64,000 nucleotides of DNA from Desulfobacterales bacterium. Lineage in GTDB: Bacteria > Desulfobacterota > Desulfobacteria > Desulfobacterales > JAHEIW01. This document shows, in pieces, positions 24,528 through 33,947 of this stretch (its first letter is position 1; every line of letters starts with the position of its first letter). The translations under genes and the position numbers were made by a program. The stretch lies in contig JASFNW010000006.1 in assembly GCA_050116835.1 (NCBI GenBank), positions 457 through 64,456 on the forward strand. Direction: 5' to 3'. Below the pieces are notes generated by a model. It saw only the letters and a list, made by a program, of their open reading frames with translations, was not told where the DNA came from and did not search any database.

Positions 24528-24672
24528 AAACGGCCTCGCAAACCTTTAGTTCTTGTTCGAGGGCAAGGCGAAATCCGGTTCGAAAACGGAGCGTACACGT
24601 TAGTACGCGAGTATTTTGGACCGGATTTTAACACTGCCATCGGGCAAGAGATGAGGGTTTGCGAGGCCGTTT
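24528..24672. repeat. long nested hairpin element immediately downstream of priA
   Basis: Outer arms AAACGGCCTCGCAAACC (24528-24544) / GGTTTGCGAGGCCGTTT (24656-24672) are perfect 17-mers. Middle stem AAATCCGGT (24571-24579) / ACCGGATTT (24620-24628). Inner stem GCGTAC (24591-24596) / GTACGC (24603-24608). Confidence 0.6.
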
Positions 24673-27113
24673 TAGAGGAGGGAGACCGGGTCAACATCTA
24701 CGACAACCCTCACCCTGCGATTATTGAACACCGCCGGATGATCAGCCATCAGCCGACCAACAAATTCATGCAGGTCTTTGACGCGCGTGCCCTTCAAAAG
24801 AATCTGCCAGCGATACCGGCGGGCAATTTTGGCCAATGAGGATTCTATTGGCCCTAAAACGTCAACGGTATCATAAACAGGCGCATTTGACGTTTTCAAA
24901 GTTAGGCACAAATTTCCGAGGCGAGCGGCATGGTCCCGGGTGTGTTGCGGGTCCATACTTGATATCCGCAGCTGGATCATTCTTGAAAACGGCGGATATT
25001 TCAGCGTCCGGCGAAAATGTATCTCCTGTTTGTAAAAAGCCGTATAATTTTGATCTTTCGCCGCGGAAATACTGAAATGCTCCGGATTATATGTTTGTAA
25101 AATGACCCGTCCCGGAGCGTCGCCTCTGCCTGCACGGCCTGCCACCTGGGCAATCAGCTGAAAGGTGCGTTCACCTGCTCTAAAATCAGGAAAGCTGAGT
25201 GATAAATCAGCACAGATAATTCCCACCAGGGTGATATTTGGAAAATCGTGACCTTTGGCCACCATCTGGGTACCCACCAGAATATCGATTGATTGATCAT
25301 TAAGGCCTTTGAGTAATCTCAAAATACTTCCTTTGCGGGTGGTGGTATCCCTATCCATGCGCGCAACACGGGCTTCCGGAAAAATTTTTTGCACTGTGGC
25401 TTCAATCTTTTCGGTACCCAGGCCTATTTTTTTGATGTCAGAAGATTTGCAACTATCACAGCTGAGGGTCGCCGCCCGGGAAAATCCACAGTAATGGCAA
25501 CGAAGCGCATTGGCCTTCCGATGGTAGGTCAGGGAAATATCACAATGTCGACATCGCAGGGCCTGGCCGCATGATCGACAGAGGGCAAAATTGGCAAACC
25601 CGCGACGATTGATAAAAAGCAGTATCTGCTCTTTGCGATCCAGGGTCTGCTTCATCGACCGATGTAGTTCAGGTGTAATAAAGCGCCGAATCCCCCGGTA
25701 TCCCATGCTTTCACGAAGATCCACAATTTTTATGTCGGGCAACGAGCGCCGTTCGATACGCTGTTTCAGATTAACTTCGATGAATTTTCCGATGCGGGCA
25801 TTATAATAGGACTGGATAGAGGGTGTAGCGGATCCCAGCAGGACCAGGCAATTATTTTGTTTTGCCCTGACCACCGCCAGATCCCGGGCATTGTATCTCA
25901 AATTGTTTTCCTGTTTGTAAGAAGTGTCATGCTCTTCATCCACGATCACGAGACCGACCTCAGAAAATGGGGCAAAAACAGCCGACCGCGCACCAATAGC
26001 GATCTGAGCTTTGCCCTGCACGATAAGACTCCATTGATCAAACCGCTCACCGGCCGAAAGACCACTGTGCAGCACGGCGATACGCTCGCCGAAGCGGGCA
26101 CGAAAGCGCCGTTCCATCTGCGTAATCAGGGCAATCTCTGGAACCAGAACCAGAACGGATTGACGCCGCTTGAGGACTTCGGCCGTGATTTGCATGTAAA
26201 CCTCGGTTTTGCCGCTGCCGGTGACGCCTTGCAGCAGAAAGGCCGCAAAACCCTGATCTAATCTGTCGTTGACCTGTGTGACGACGCTTTGCTGTTCGGC
26301 ATTTAACTCATGGGCCGTATCCGCACGAATGGTCTCTCCAAATGGATCTCGGTAGACGCGTTTTCGTCGAACCGTCAGGTAGCCGCCATTTTCTAGTGCC
26401 CGAACCAGGCGGGCTGCATTGGGGGCCTGCTTTTTTAAATCAGGCATTGACATTTCACCCTGCCGGCCGAGGATTTTAATGATCTTCTGACGGGCTTTTG
26501 AAAGTCGATCCACCGGAGCATCTGGCTTGCTCAGCGCAATATAACGTTCGGTACGCGTTCGGGTTGAAGCCCCTCTCAGTTCTCGCGTCTTTGCAATCCA
26601 TCCGCTGCGCTGCAATGCCTGTAACAGTGCACCGGGCACATTTTGGCTCAACTTGTCGTTAAGGTGTTTCAGGCGACAGGGCCCGGATTCAAGCAGCTGC
26701 AATACCGATCGTTGAAGGGAGGTGACGGTTTTGTTTCTTAATGCGGCCTTACCTTCGGCTGTAATCGACACGGCAGCATAATCATAAAGGGTAAGACCAC
26801 CGGGAAGCGCGTTTTTGATGACATCACCGATGGGGTGCTTATAATAGTCGGCAATCCATTGATAAAAAGGAATCATCGACGGTGGAAAAAGGGATTGCTG
26901 ATCGAGTACGTCTAAAATATGCTTGATTTCAGCCGGCTCTGTTTCAGTCGCAGAACCCATGATATAGCCGGTTACCCGTCGCTGACCGAATGGTACCAGA
27001 ACGCGTTTGCCCGCGGTAATGAATGGGCTCAAAAAAGGCGGGACGCTGTAAGTAAAGGTATGGTGAACCGGCAACGCAATCGCAATTTCGAGATGTGAGT
27101 TTTCGACAGTCAT
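24672..27113 (-). CDS. priA: primosomal replication-restart helicase PriA
   Basis: 813 aa. Walker A GVTGSGKTEVY, DEEHD box, Cys-rich zinc-binding insertion (CRSCGQALRCRHCDISLTYHRKANALRCHYCG), C-terminal domain. Confidence 0.95.
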   Translation of the reverse strand: MTVENSHLEIAIALPVHHTFTYSVPPFLSPFITAGKRVLVPFGQRRVTGYIMGSATETEPAEIKHILDVLDQQSLFPPSMIPFYQWIADYYKHPIGDVIKNALPGGLTLYDYAAVSITAEGKAALRNKTVTSLQRSVLQLLESGPCRLKHLNDKLSQNVPGALLQALQRSGWIAKTRELRGASTRTRTERYIALSKPDAPVDRLSKARQKIIKILGRQGEMSMPDLKKQAPNAARLVRALENGGYLTVRRKRVYRDPFGETIRADTAHELNAEQQSVVTQVNDRLDQGFAAFLLQGVTGSGKTEVYMQITAEVLKRRQSVLVLVPEIALITQMERRFRARFGERIAVLHSGLSAGERFDQWSLIVQGKAQIAIGARSAVFAPFSEVGLVIVDEEHDTSYKQENNLRYNARDLAVVRAKQNNCLVLLGSATPSIQSYYNARIGKFIEVNLKQRIERRSLPDIKIVDLRESMGYRGIRRFITPELHRSMKQTLDRKEQILLFINRRGFANFALCRSCGQALRCRHCDISLTYHRKANALRCHYCGFSRAATLSCDSCKSSDIKKIGLGTEKIEATVQKIFPEARVARMDRDTTTRKGSILRLLKGLNDQSIDILVGTQMVAKGHDFPNITLVGIICADLSLSFPDFRAGERTFQLIAQVAGRAGRGDAPGRVILQTYNPEHFSISAAKDQNYTAFYKQEIHFRRTLKYPPFSRMIQLRISSMDPQHTRDHAARLGNLCLTLKTSNAPVYDTVDVLGPIESSLAKIARRYRWQILLKGTRVKDLHEFVGRLMADHPAVFNNRRVRVVVDVDPVSLL

Positions 27114-27384
27114 AGATCAACAATTCATCTTTAAATGAACATCTTTTCGCCGATGCTTTTTTAGCCTCGCGCAAATCGTAAATATTTTTAATCTTTTAAA
27201 TTTTTTACAAAATGGATATACATATTTTCAAAATAATGTTAATATAGCCTTAAGTTAAATTGGATTCAACCCAAAGCGGTTACGAGTGCCGCCAGGTCGG
27301 TGATCGTATATTTTGACCTGCATTTTTAAGATCGGTTCTAATGAAATTCAAGATCTGGACGATATATACATTAAGGAGGCCGTT

Positions 27385-27687
27385 ATGCGAAAATTAATAA
27401 AATCATGGGCGGTTATTGGTGTGATCGCGGCTCTGATCATTATGCCCTTTGCAACGACAGTCCAGGCACAGGATTATTTTGAAGCCAAGGAACCCGGCGG
27501 CGGTGCCATGATGTATGATACGATTGTGGTCCGGCCGATTGGCATTGTGGCAACAGCCGTTGGATCGGTTTTTTGGCTGGTTTCGTGGCCGTTTTCGGCG
27601 TTGAGTGACAGCACCGATTTGGCGACTGAAAAACTCATTAAAGAGCCCGCCGCATATACCTTTAGAAGACCTTTAGGCGAATTTTAG
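27385..27687 (+). CDS. small exported/membrane protein, function unknown
   Basis: MRKLIKSWAVIGVIAALIIMPFATTVQAQ signal sequence, then a second hydrophobic segment. AAGGAGG lies 5 nt upstream of ATG 27385. The track ORF starts earlier at 27313. Confidence 0.6.
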   Translation: MRKLIKSWAVIGVIAALIIMPFATTVQAQDYFEAKEPGGGAMMYDTIVVRPIGIVATAVGSVFWLVSWPFSALSDSTDLATEKLIKEPAAYTFRRPLGEF

Positions 27688-27718
27688 AGCTTTCGACCCC
27701 ATTTAAATCTTCTTCTGC

Positions 27719-27747
27719 TTGACACCGGGGTATTAATTGCATATACG
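27719..27747 (+). promoter_or_regulatory. candidate sigma-70 promoter of upp
   Basis: TTGACA (27719-27724), 17-nt spacer, TATACG (27742-27747). Overlapped by a perfect 10-bp inverted repeat ATTAATTGCA/TGCAATTAAT (27732-27741 / 27752-27761). Confidence 0.45.
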
Positions 27748-27838
27748 AGGCTGCAATTAATGACTCATGATATACCTGTATCTGTTTTTTTCCTGCCTGC
27801 CGTAGCATAACGTTAACCGATCGCAAAAGGAGGCCGCC

Positions 27839-28465
27839 GTGCCGGTACATGTCGTAGATCACCCCTTGGTCAAGCACAAATTGGCGTTTATGCGGGAACA
27901 TGATATTACAACCAAAGATTTCCGCGATCTGGCATCTGAACTGGCCAATCTTCTAACCTATGAAGCCACCAAGCATCTGGAGACCGAAACCGTCACCATT
28001 CAAGGCTGGGCCGGCGAGGTTGAAGTTGAAAAAATTAAAGGCAAAAAAATCACCGTCGTACCGATTCTTCGGGCCGGGCTTGGCATGATGGACGGTGTCC
28101 TCAATCTCATACCAACCGCCAAGGTCAGTGTTGTCGGCCTGTACCGCAACGAAGAAACACTTGAACCCATCAGATATTATGTCAAAATGACCAATCAGAT
28201 GGAGGAGCGCATTGCACTGATTTTGGACCCCATGCTGGCGACCGGTGGTACGGTTATCGCCACAATCGATCTGATAAAAGAAACCGGCTGCAAGCACATC
28301 AAAGGTATATTTATGGTCGCCGCACCGGAAGGGATCGAACGCTTACAAAAGGCCCATCCCGATGTCGAAATATGGGTTGCTGCCATAGACGAGAAACTAA
28401 ACGAGGTCGGATATATCTTACCTGGCTTGGGAGATGCGGGCGATAAAATATTTGGTACCAAGTAA
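27839..28465 (+). CDS. upp: uracil phosphoribosyltransferase
   Basis: 208 aa: [49 protein letters not shown] start with AAAGGAGG upstream. Confidence 0.95.
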   Translation: MPVHVVDHPLVKHKLAFMREHDITTKDFRDLASELANLLTYEATKHLETETVTIQGWAGEVEVEKIKGKKITVVPILRAGLGMMDGVLNLIPTAKVSVVGLYRNEETLEPIRYYVKMTNQMEERIALILDPMLATGGTVIATIDLIKETGCKHIKGIFMVAAPEGIERLQKAHPDVEIWVAAIDEKLNEVGYILPGLGDAGDKIFGTK

Positions 28466-28532
28466 ACCCGGCACAAAATATTGATTGGGCTTTTCAAACC
28501 GCAACGATTGGGGCACTTCGCGTCCCTGTCTT

Positions 28533-28601
28533 TTACCGCCTTTGGCGGTAAGAGGCATACCGCCCGCCGGGCGGTTGCCGTTGACTCTGCCTCTTCGTTT
28601 T
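28533..28601 (+). terminator. hairpin cluster / possible attenuator between upp and uraA
   Basis: Hairpin 1: TTACCGCC-TTT-GGCGGTAA (28533-28551). Hairpin 2: ACCGCCC-GCC-GGGCGGT (28559-28575). Hairpin 2 is enclosed by AGAGGCA (28551-28557) / TGCCTCT (28588-28594), followed by TCGTTTTC. Confidence 0.4.
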
Positions 28602-28626
28602 CAGCCATCAGAGGACCCGCGTAAGT

Positions 28627-29874
28627 ATGGCCGTCAAGGATTGGATCACAGACTATAAATTAAGTTATCCAGACAGCCTATTTAGTGTCCAAGTCCTTCT
28701 GGTCGCATTTGGTGCGCTGATCACCGTACCCATCCTTACCGGTTTGGATCCCGGCGTTGCTTTGTTTACAGCCGGCGCTGCGACCCTCATTTTCCACGGC
28801 TTCACCAGAAAGCGCATCCCGGTCTTTCTGGCGTCATCTTTTGCTTACACGGCCCCGATATTAATCGCCACAGAAACATGGGGCCTTGCGGCCACCCTCG
28901 GAGGGCTTGTGGCCGCCGGCCTTGTCTATACCGGTATTGGCGGCATCATCTACTGGAAAGGCCGCAATTTCATTCCGTCATTGTTTCCCCCGATTGTAAT
29001 CGGACCGACCATCATGGTCATCGGTCTGATGCTGGTACCGGTTGCCGTGTCCATGGCGCTGGGCAATTCAAACCCCGCTCATCTGATACCCGATAAAATC
29101 GGCTTGCTGATCGCTGCCATCACGCTGGTGGTGACCATTGTCATGTTTATGCTGGCCCGGGGCATTTTGAAACTGATACCCATTATCGGCGGTCTCACCG
29201 CGGGATATCTGGTTTCTATCCCATTTGGCATCATTGATTTTTCAATTGTTTCCAGTGCACCATGGCTTGCCGTTCCAAAGTTTTTACTCCCGCAATTCAA
29301 CATTCATGCTGTTGTATTTCTGGTTCCGGCAGTGGTCGCACCGGCGATTGCGCATTTTGGCGATATCCTCGCTATCGGTGAGATCACAGAAAAGGACTAC
29401 CTGAGGGAACCCGGTATCCATCGAACGCTGATGGGCAATGGTGCAGCCAACACGGCCGCAGCCTGTATCGGCGGTCCACCGGTTCGTGTTTACGCCGAGA
29501 TTAGCGGAACCGTTGCGGTTTTCAAGAAATGGAATCCGGTCACAATGGTGTGGGCCGCTATTCTGGCCATGGCACTGGCCTTTGTGGGCAAGTTGAGCGC
29601 CATCATCCAGACCATCCCCGATCCTGTTAACGGCGGTATTCTGATTTTATTTTTCGGTGCACTGGTGGTGGCGGGCATCAATTGCCTGCGCAAGGTCCAG
29701 TCAAAATTAATGGAATTCAGAAATTTACTGATTGTGGCGATTATTTTGGTGACCGGAATCGGTGGAATCACCTTTTCCGCCGGCGCGTTCACCCTGAAAG
29801 GAGTGGCGCTGGCAACGCTGACGGGCGTCATTTTAAATCGGATCCTGCCGGGTGAAATGACAGCCGAAAGCTGA
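28627..29874 (+). CDS. uraA: uracil/xanthine permease (NCS2 family)
   Basis: 415 aa, polytopic. Typical NCS2 N-terminus (..VQVLLVAFGALITVPILTG..) and its position after upp. Confidence 0.85.
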   Translation: MAVKDWITDYKLSYPDSLFSVQVLLVAFGALITVPILTGLDPGVALFTAGAATLIFHGFTRKRIPVFLASSFAYTAPILIATETWGLAATLGGLVAAGLVYTGIGGIIYWKGRNFIPSLFPPIVIGPTIMVIGLMLVPVAVSMALGNSNPAHLIPDKIGLLIAAITLVVTIVMFMLARGILKLIPIIGGLTAGYLVSIPFGIIDFSIVSSAPWLAVPKFLLPQFNIHAVVFLVPAVVAPAIAHFGDILAIGEITEKDYLREPGIHRTLMGNGAANTAAACIGGPPVRVYAEISGTVAVFKKWNPVTMVWAAILAMALAFVGKLSAIIQTIPDPVNGGILILFFGALVVAGINCLRKVQSKLMEFRNLLIVAIILVTGIGGITFSAGAFTLKGVALATLTGVILNRILPGEMTAES

Positions 29875-30194
29875 AACACCAGAATTTTAGCGCCAATTAT
29901 CGCTTATTCAAATAATGACTCGGATCGATCCGGGCCCAGTAAACATAAATATATGAGGGGTCGCGGAGTCTTTCCAACCAAAGCCTCATAATAGCGGAAT
30001 GAATTATCAGCAGCGCAATCCTGCACTGTTTGAAGTCGCTGATATTGCATTCCGCTATCGGATTAAAAAACTCCCCGGCCGATTGGTTCGATAGCAAAAT
30101 AATTCTCATCCGTATCTTGCAAAACCGAAAAATTTGACAACTTTCTAAAATTTTTATATTTTTTATATAAAAGGGTGAGGTTAAGGAGCGCATT

Positions 30195-30665
30195 TTGACC
30201 AAACTGATACGCTTGGGCACCGATATGACAGATGCCATTTTAATGGTGCTAAAATACGTCAAAATAACAACCGGAAACGAGCCTACCCAATCGGAAGTGG
30301 CAGAAGCCCTCAAGAGCTACTTTATTTTAAACGAAATCGGCAACCAGATTAAATTTCAACGCAAAAAACAGGTAACACCGACCCCGCCGAAACCGCGTTT
30401 ACGGGATCCTTTCTGGAAGATGGACCTTAAATCGGGGCCGGCGAAAAACAATTGGATCAGAGCCGGCCTTTTTTCTGAAACCATTCAAGACGCCCTCACT
30501 ACGGTGCACCGCTTTGTAAAAGACTCAGGCGCGCCAGAGCCCAGAGAAGCCGAAATCGCCTTAAGCCTTAAGAGCAGTTTTATTCTCAGCGAAATCAAAA
30601 ACCAGATCGACTGGCAACGAAACAATCGGAACAAATCAGTTGATTCGCTATCTTTAGAAGAGTAA
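30195..30665 (+). CDS. hypothetical protein with an internal duplication
   Basis: 156 aa. TTG start with AAGGAG 6 nt upstream. EPTQSEVAEALKSYFILNEIGNQIKFQRKKQ is repeated as EPREAEIALSLKSSFILSEIKNQIDWQRNNR. Confidence 0.5.
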   Translation: MTKLIRLGTDMTDAILMVLKYVKITTGNEPTQSEVAEALKSYFILNEIGNQIKFQRKKQVTPTPPKPRLRDPFWKMDLKSGPAKNNWIRAGLFSETIQDALTTVHRFVKDSGAPEPREAEIALSLKSSFILSEIKNQIDWQRNNRNKSVDSLSLEE

Positions 30666-30915
30666 GTCGCTTAGAATCAATAAGCTACCGATCCCATCCG
30701 GATTTAGGCAACGCTGCGATTCGTTCCCAAACACAGGTTTTTCTTTGCTTTTCGAAGACTTTCGAAAATAATTCGTTTGCATCAAATTCAAATGAACGTT
30801 AGGTTATCCGGGGTCGATGCGCTCGCGTGCAAGGATGCAACCGACCGCTTTCAAGTGGCAGGCGTCCCGTAACCCACCCAGCAGGCGCCAACCCCTATAA
30901 TCGCCGGGACTCAGA

Positions 30916-31479
30916 ATGGGATGCTTAACACCATTTGACAGATACTCAAATGCCGCTCGAAAACGGGCTCTGATTATTGCCCTTGTTTTAAGCCTTGTCC
31001 TTTTGGTCGCACTGCGAATTCTTGATGTTCCCCTGAGGACCGCGGTTGCGCCCCGCGGAATCGTGTCCTTCGAGCTGGCAAAAGATGCATCCGCCTCTCG
31101 ACAGATCCGGGCTTCCTGGAATGCTCGGGCCAAAACGCATGCCGCCTTCAGCCTGGGTCTGGATTATCTTTTTCTCATCGTCTATGCTGTTTTCATATCT
31201 CTGGCGTGCGTTCAGACCGGCGAAGCGATCCAACACATCAGCCCGCTGCTGGCCCGTGTGGGAGGGATTCTGGCCTGGGCTCAATTTGCAGCCGCCGTTT
31301 TAGATGCGGTTGAAAATCTGGTTTTGATTTCTCTACTGCTCGACTCAGAACGCTCGTGGTTGCCGGCTGTGGCACGCGGGTGCGCCATCATAAAATTTGC
31401 GATCGTCAGCGCCGGATTCATTTACATCGGTGGCGGTTTGCTCGTGATCGCAATACAAACATTTTTAAAAGAAAAATGA
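30916..31479 (+). CDS. hypothetical integral membrane protein
   Basis: 187 aa with about 4-5 hydrophobic helices. No motif recognised. Confidence 0.55.
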   Translation: MGCLTPFDRYSNAARKRALIIALVLSLVLLVALRILDVPLRTAVAPRGIVSFELAKDASASRQIRASWNARAKTHAAFSLGLDYLFLIVYAVFISLACVQTGEAIQHISPLLARVGGILAWAQFAAAVLDAVENLVLISLLLDSERSWLPAVARGCAIIKFAIVSAGFIYIGGGLLVIAIQTFLKEK

Positions 31480-31651
31480 TCATCCATGGCCTTTAAAATT
31501 CTCTTCTGGATTTATCTGATAAATGCGATTTTGTTGATTAATCATGAAATCGACTCCGCTTACTGGAAAGAGTGGTAATAATAAAAAGCGCCAAAAAAGA
31601 TAAAACCGGGGCAATGACACCTGGTATGGTAACGTTAGAGGAGACGCTGAT

Positions 31652-32005
31652 ATGATCCACCATGTTGTATTGATGAAATTTAAGCCGGCAGCCAACGACA
31701 GTGACATCGCTGCACTTGAGAAAAGTCTCGATGATCTTCCCAATCGGATCATTGAAATCCAAACCTACGAATTTGGCCGCGACCTGCTTCACAGCGCAAA
31801 GCACTACGACTTCGCACTGGTTGCGTTATTTGCCAATCTGGAAGCTGTTCAGCGCTACCAGGAGCACCCCGCCCATTTGGAAGTTTGGCAAATGGTAACC
31901 CGGTTGAGCGAAAGCATATTAACGGTTGACTTTGAAGGAACCGATGCCGGTAAGATTAAAAAAGACGAGGAGAGCGCCATGCTCAGCCGTCTCGGTGGTA
32001 TTTAA
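31652..32005 (+). CDS. Dabb-family stress-responsive alpha/beta-barrel protein
   Basis: MIHHVVLMKFKP..I..L...L..LP..I.EI....FG.D......YDFALV..F......Y..HP.H pattern. AGAGGAG RBS. Confidence 0.8.
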   Translation: MIHHVVLMKFKPAANDSDIAALEKSLDDLPNRIIEIQTYEFGRDLLHSAKHYDFALVALFANLEAVQRYQEHPAHLEVWQMVTRLSESILTVDFEGTDAGKIKKDEESAMLSRLGGI

Positions 32006-32148
32006 TCCGTGGCGTTAGCCTCATTGTATTTGCAGACATTTTTACAGTTTAAACTGGCTCAACACGCTTAACTGGCTTTACCGGATAACCCGGCCAATCA
32101 GGCGCCTTGGAAACGGGGTTTTTCTCTGGGGCGGCTTCGGGTCAGGCG

Positions 32149-32697
32149 ATGAACCCTATATTGTCCAAACTCAAGGGCGGGGACCGCCGTTCGATCGGAA
32201 ATGTCAGGGCGGTCGTGGCAACCGTTGGCAAACAGCCGGATTTATTCAAAGATCTGGTCGCTGGACTGTTTGATCGGGATCCGATTGTGCGGATGCGGGC
32301 TGCAGATGCCATGGAAAAGATATCGACAGATGATCCCCGATTGCTGCAGCCGTTTAAATCCAAGCTCGTTGGCCTGGCACAGCAGACCCGTCAGCAGGAA
32401 CTGCGCTGGCATCTGGCCCAAATGATCCCCCGCTTGGATTTAACACCTCAAGAAACAACTTCGGTAACTGATGTTTTCGTTGATTATTTATGGGATGACA
32501 GTAAAATTGTTGTCACTTTTGCGATGCAGGCTCTGCACGATCTGGCCGTAAAGAAAGGCAGGGTTTCGACCCGTGTGTTAAGCGCCTTGGAGAATCTGAC
32601 GCATACCGGCAGCCCGGCAATTAAGGCGCGCGGGAAAAAACTGCTTCCCAAATTGAAAAATCTACCACAAAAACCCAGCACAGAAGGATCGAATTAA
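32149..32697 (+). CDS. HEAT-repeat-like protein
   Basis: Start at ATG 32149 (MNPILSKLKGGDRRSIG). Helical repeats ..DPIVRMRAADAMEKI.. are HEAT/armadillo-like. The track start at 32107 is TTG. Confidence 0.5.
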   Translation: MNPILSKLKGGDRRSIGNVRAVVATVGKQPDLFKDLVAGLFDRDPIVRMRAADAMEKISTDDPRLLQPFKSKLVGLAQQTRQQELRWHLAQMIPRLDLTPQETTSVTDVFVDYLWDDSKIVVTFAMQALHDLAVKKGRVSTRVLSALENLTHTGSPAIKARGKKLLPKLKNLPQKPSTEGSN

Positions 32698-32791
32698 CAT
32701 ATTAAAACACGAAAGGTTCAGCCGCATGCCGGTTGAGGTGCTCACCGGCCTGCTTTAACGGGTGAATCCCGATTTTAGAAACGAGGCGTGT

Positions 32792-33808
32792 ATGCGGAAA
32801 AAAGTTTATATTGCCTACACCGGAGGGACGATCGGCATGAAGCGCACGGCAGATGGTTTTGTGCCGGCTTCCGGATATCTGGAACAACTGATGGGCAATC
32901 TGACGGAACTCAAAAGTGATTTGTTGCCGGAATATCAGATTGGTGAGTATAAACCGCTGCTGGATTCTTCGAATATGACGCCCGCAGACTGGCTCAAAAT
33001 AGCCCATGACATAGCCAGGCACCACGACGCGTTCGACGGATTTGTGATTTTGCACGGCACCGACACCATGGCCTATACGGCCTCGGCCTTACCCTTTATG
33101 CTGCAGGGACTGCGAAAACCGGTAATCATTACCGGTGCCCAGATCCCCCTGTGTCAAATCCGCAATGACGCCCGGGAAAATCTGATTACAGCGCTGCTGA
33201 TTGCGGCCAATTTTAAAATCCCTGAAGTCTGCCTGTGTTTCGGTGACAAACTGCTGCGTGGCAACCGGGCGGTAAAAGTCGATGCGGACAGCCTGGATGC
33301 CTTTGAATCGCCGAATTTTCCGCCGCTGGGGACTGTCGGCATTGAAATCAAAATAAACTGGGACCTGGTCTTACCGCCTCCCAAAACCCGCAAAAGAATA
33401 AAAGTAACGGGCTTCAGCGAATCCAGCGTGGCCGGGCTAAGACTATTTCCGGGCATTTCAGTCGACATTGTTAAAAATTTTCTGCAGCCTCCCATTCGGG
33501 GGCTAATACTGGAAACTTATGGAAGCGGCAATGCAGCCGAAGACCGGGAGCTGCTCGCGACCTTGAAAGCAGCCAACGATCGTGGTGTTATCATTGTCAA
33601 CTGCACCCAGTGTCTGAAAGGTACGGTTAATATGGAGGACTATGCGACGGGCAGTTGGCTGGCAAAAGCCGGCGTCATCAGTGGCTTCGATATGACTTCC
33701 GAAGCGGCTCTGGCGAAGCTGTCGTTTTTGCTCAGCCAAAAATGGTCGGTTGCAAAAATGAAAGAAATGATGCAAACCGATGTGAGGGGCGAATTAACGC
33801 GCCATTAG
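32792..33808 (+). CDS. ansA: type I (cytoplasmic) L-asparaginase
   Basis: MRKKVYIAYTGGTIGM (TGGTI motif), HGTDTMAYTASAL, GAQIP. Start set at ATG 32792 (GAGG 5 nt upstream). The track start at 32762 is GTG. Confidence 0.85.
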   Translation: MRKKVYIAYTGGTIGMKRTADGFVPASGYLEQLMGNLTELKSDLLPEYQIGEYKPLLDSSNMTPADWLKIAHDIARHHDAFDGFVILHGTDTMAYTASALPFMLQGLRKPVIITGAQIPLCQIRNDARENLITALLIAANFKIPEVCLCFGDKLLRGNRAVKVDADSLDAFESPNFPPLGTVGIEIKINWDLVLPPPKTRKRIKVTGFSESSVAGLRLFPGISVDIVKNFLQPPIRGLILETYGSGNAAEDRELLATLKAANDRGVIIVNCTQCLKGTVNMEDYATGSWLAKAGVISGFDMTSEAALAKLSFLLSQKWSVAKMKEMMQTDVRGELTRH

Positions 33809-33947
33809 TTCCGGCAATGGACCAAAGGATTTTTGAGCCGGGAGACCAGAAAGCAATCAATTTTGGGGACGGGCACGCCTCATGGCTTTCCAGCTGTTGA
33901 AATGGTAACAGGCTCAACCCAGATATAACATAATTTGAGGTGCAGAT

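Noticed and set aside
24202-24697. Two minus-strand ORFs (24202-24501 and 24440-24697) in the priA/DUF1573 spacer.
   Set aside because: They overlap the start of the OmpA/DUF1573 gene and the nested hairpin/direct-repeat region, have an odd basic composition and lack an RBS. The region is better explained as structured non-coding DNA.
29897-30313. 138-aa minus-strand ORF. Its C-terminal part (..RLWLERLRDPSYIYVYWARIDPSHYLNKR) looked vaguely like a gene remnant.
   Set aside because: It overlaps the better-supported plus-strand gene 30195-30665 and its promoter, has no RBS, and has no motif I can identify. It may be a relic, but that is not supportable from sequence alone.
30666-30915. GC-rich 250-nt leader upstream of the membrane-protein gene, checked by eye for riboswitch signatures (fluoride, guanidine I-III, ZTP, Mn).
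   Set aside because: No conserved core motif of those classes could be matched. An Infernal scan would be needed to say more.
31486-31578. 30-codon plus-strand ORF MAFKILFWIYLINAILLINHEIDSAYWKEW. It resembles the N-terminus of a small membrane-protein family with an HE(I/L)D..Y/R.KEW motif (DUF6713, from memory).
   Set aside because: It is too short, has no RBS, and terminates right after the motif. My recollection of the family is not firm. It is possibly a truncated remnant.
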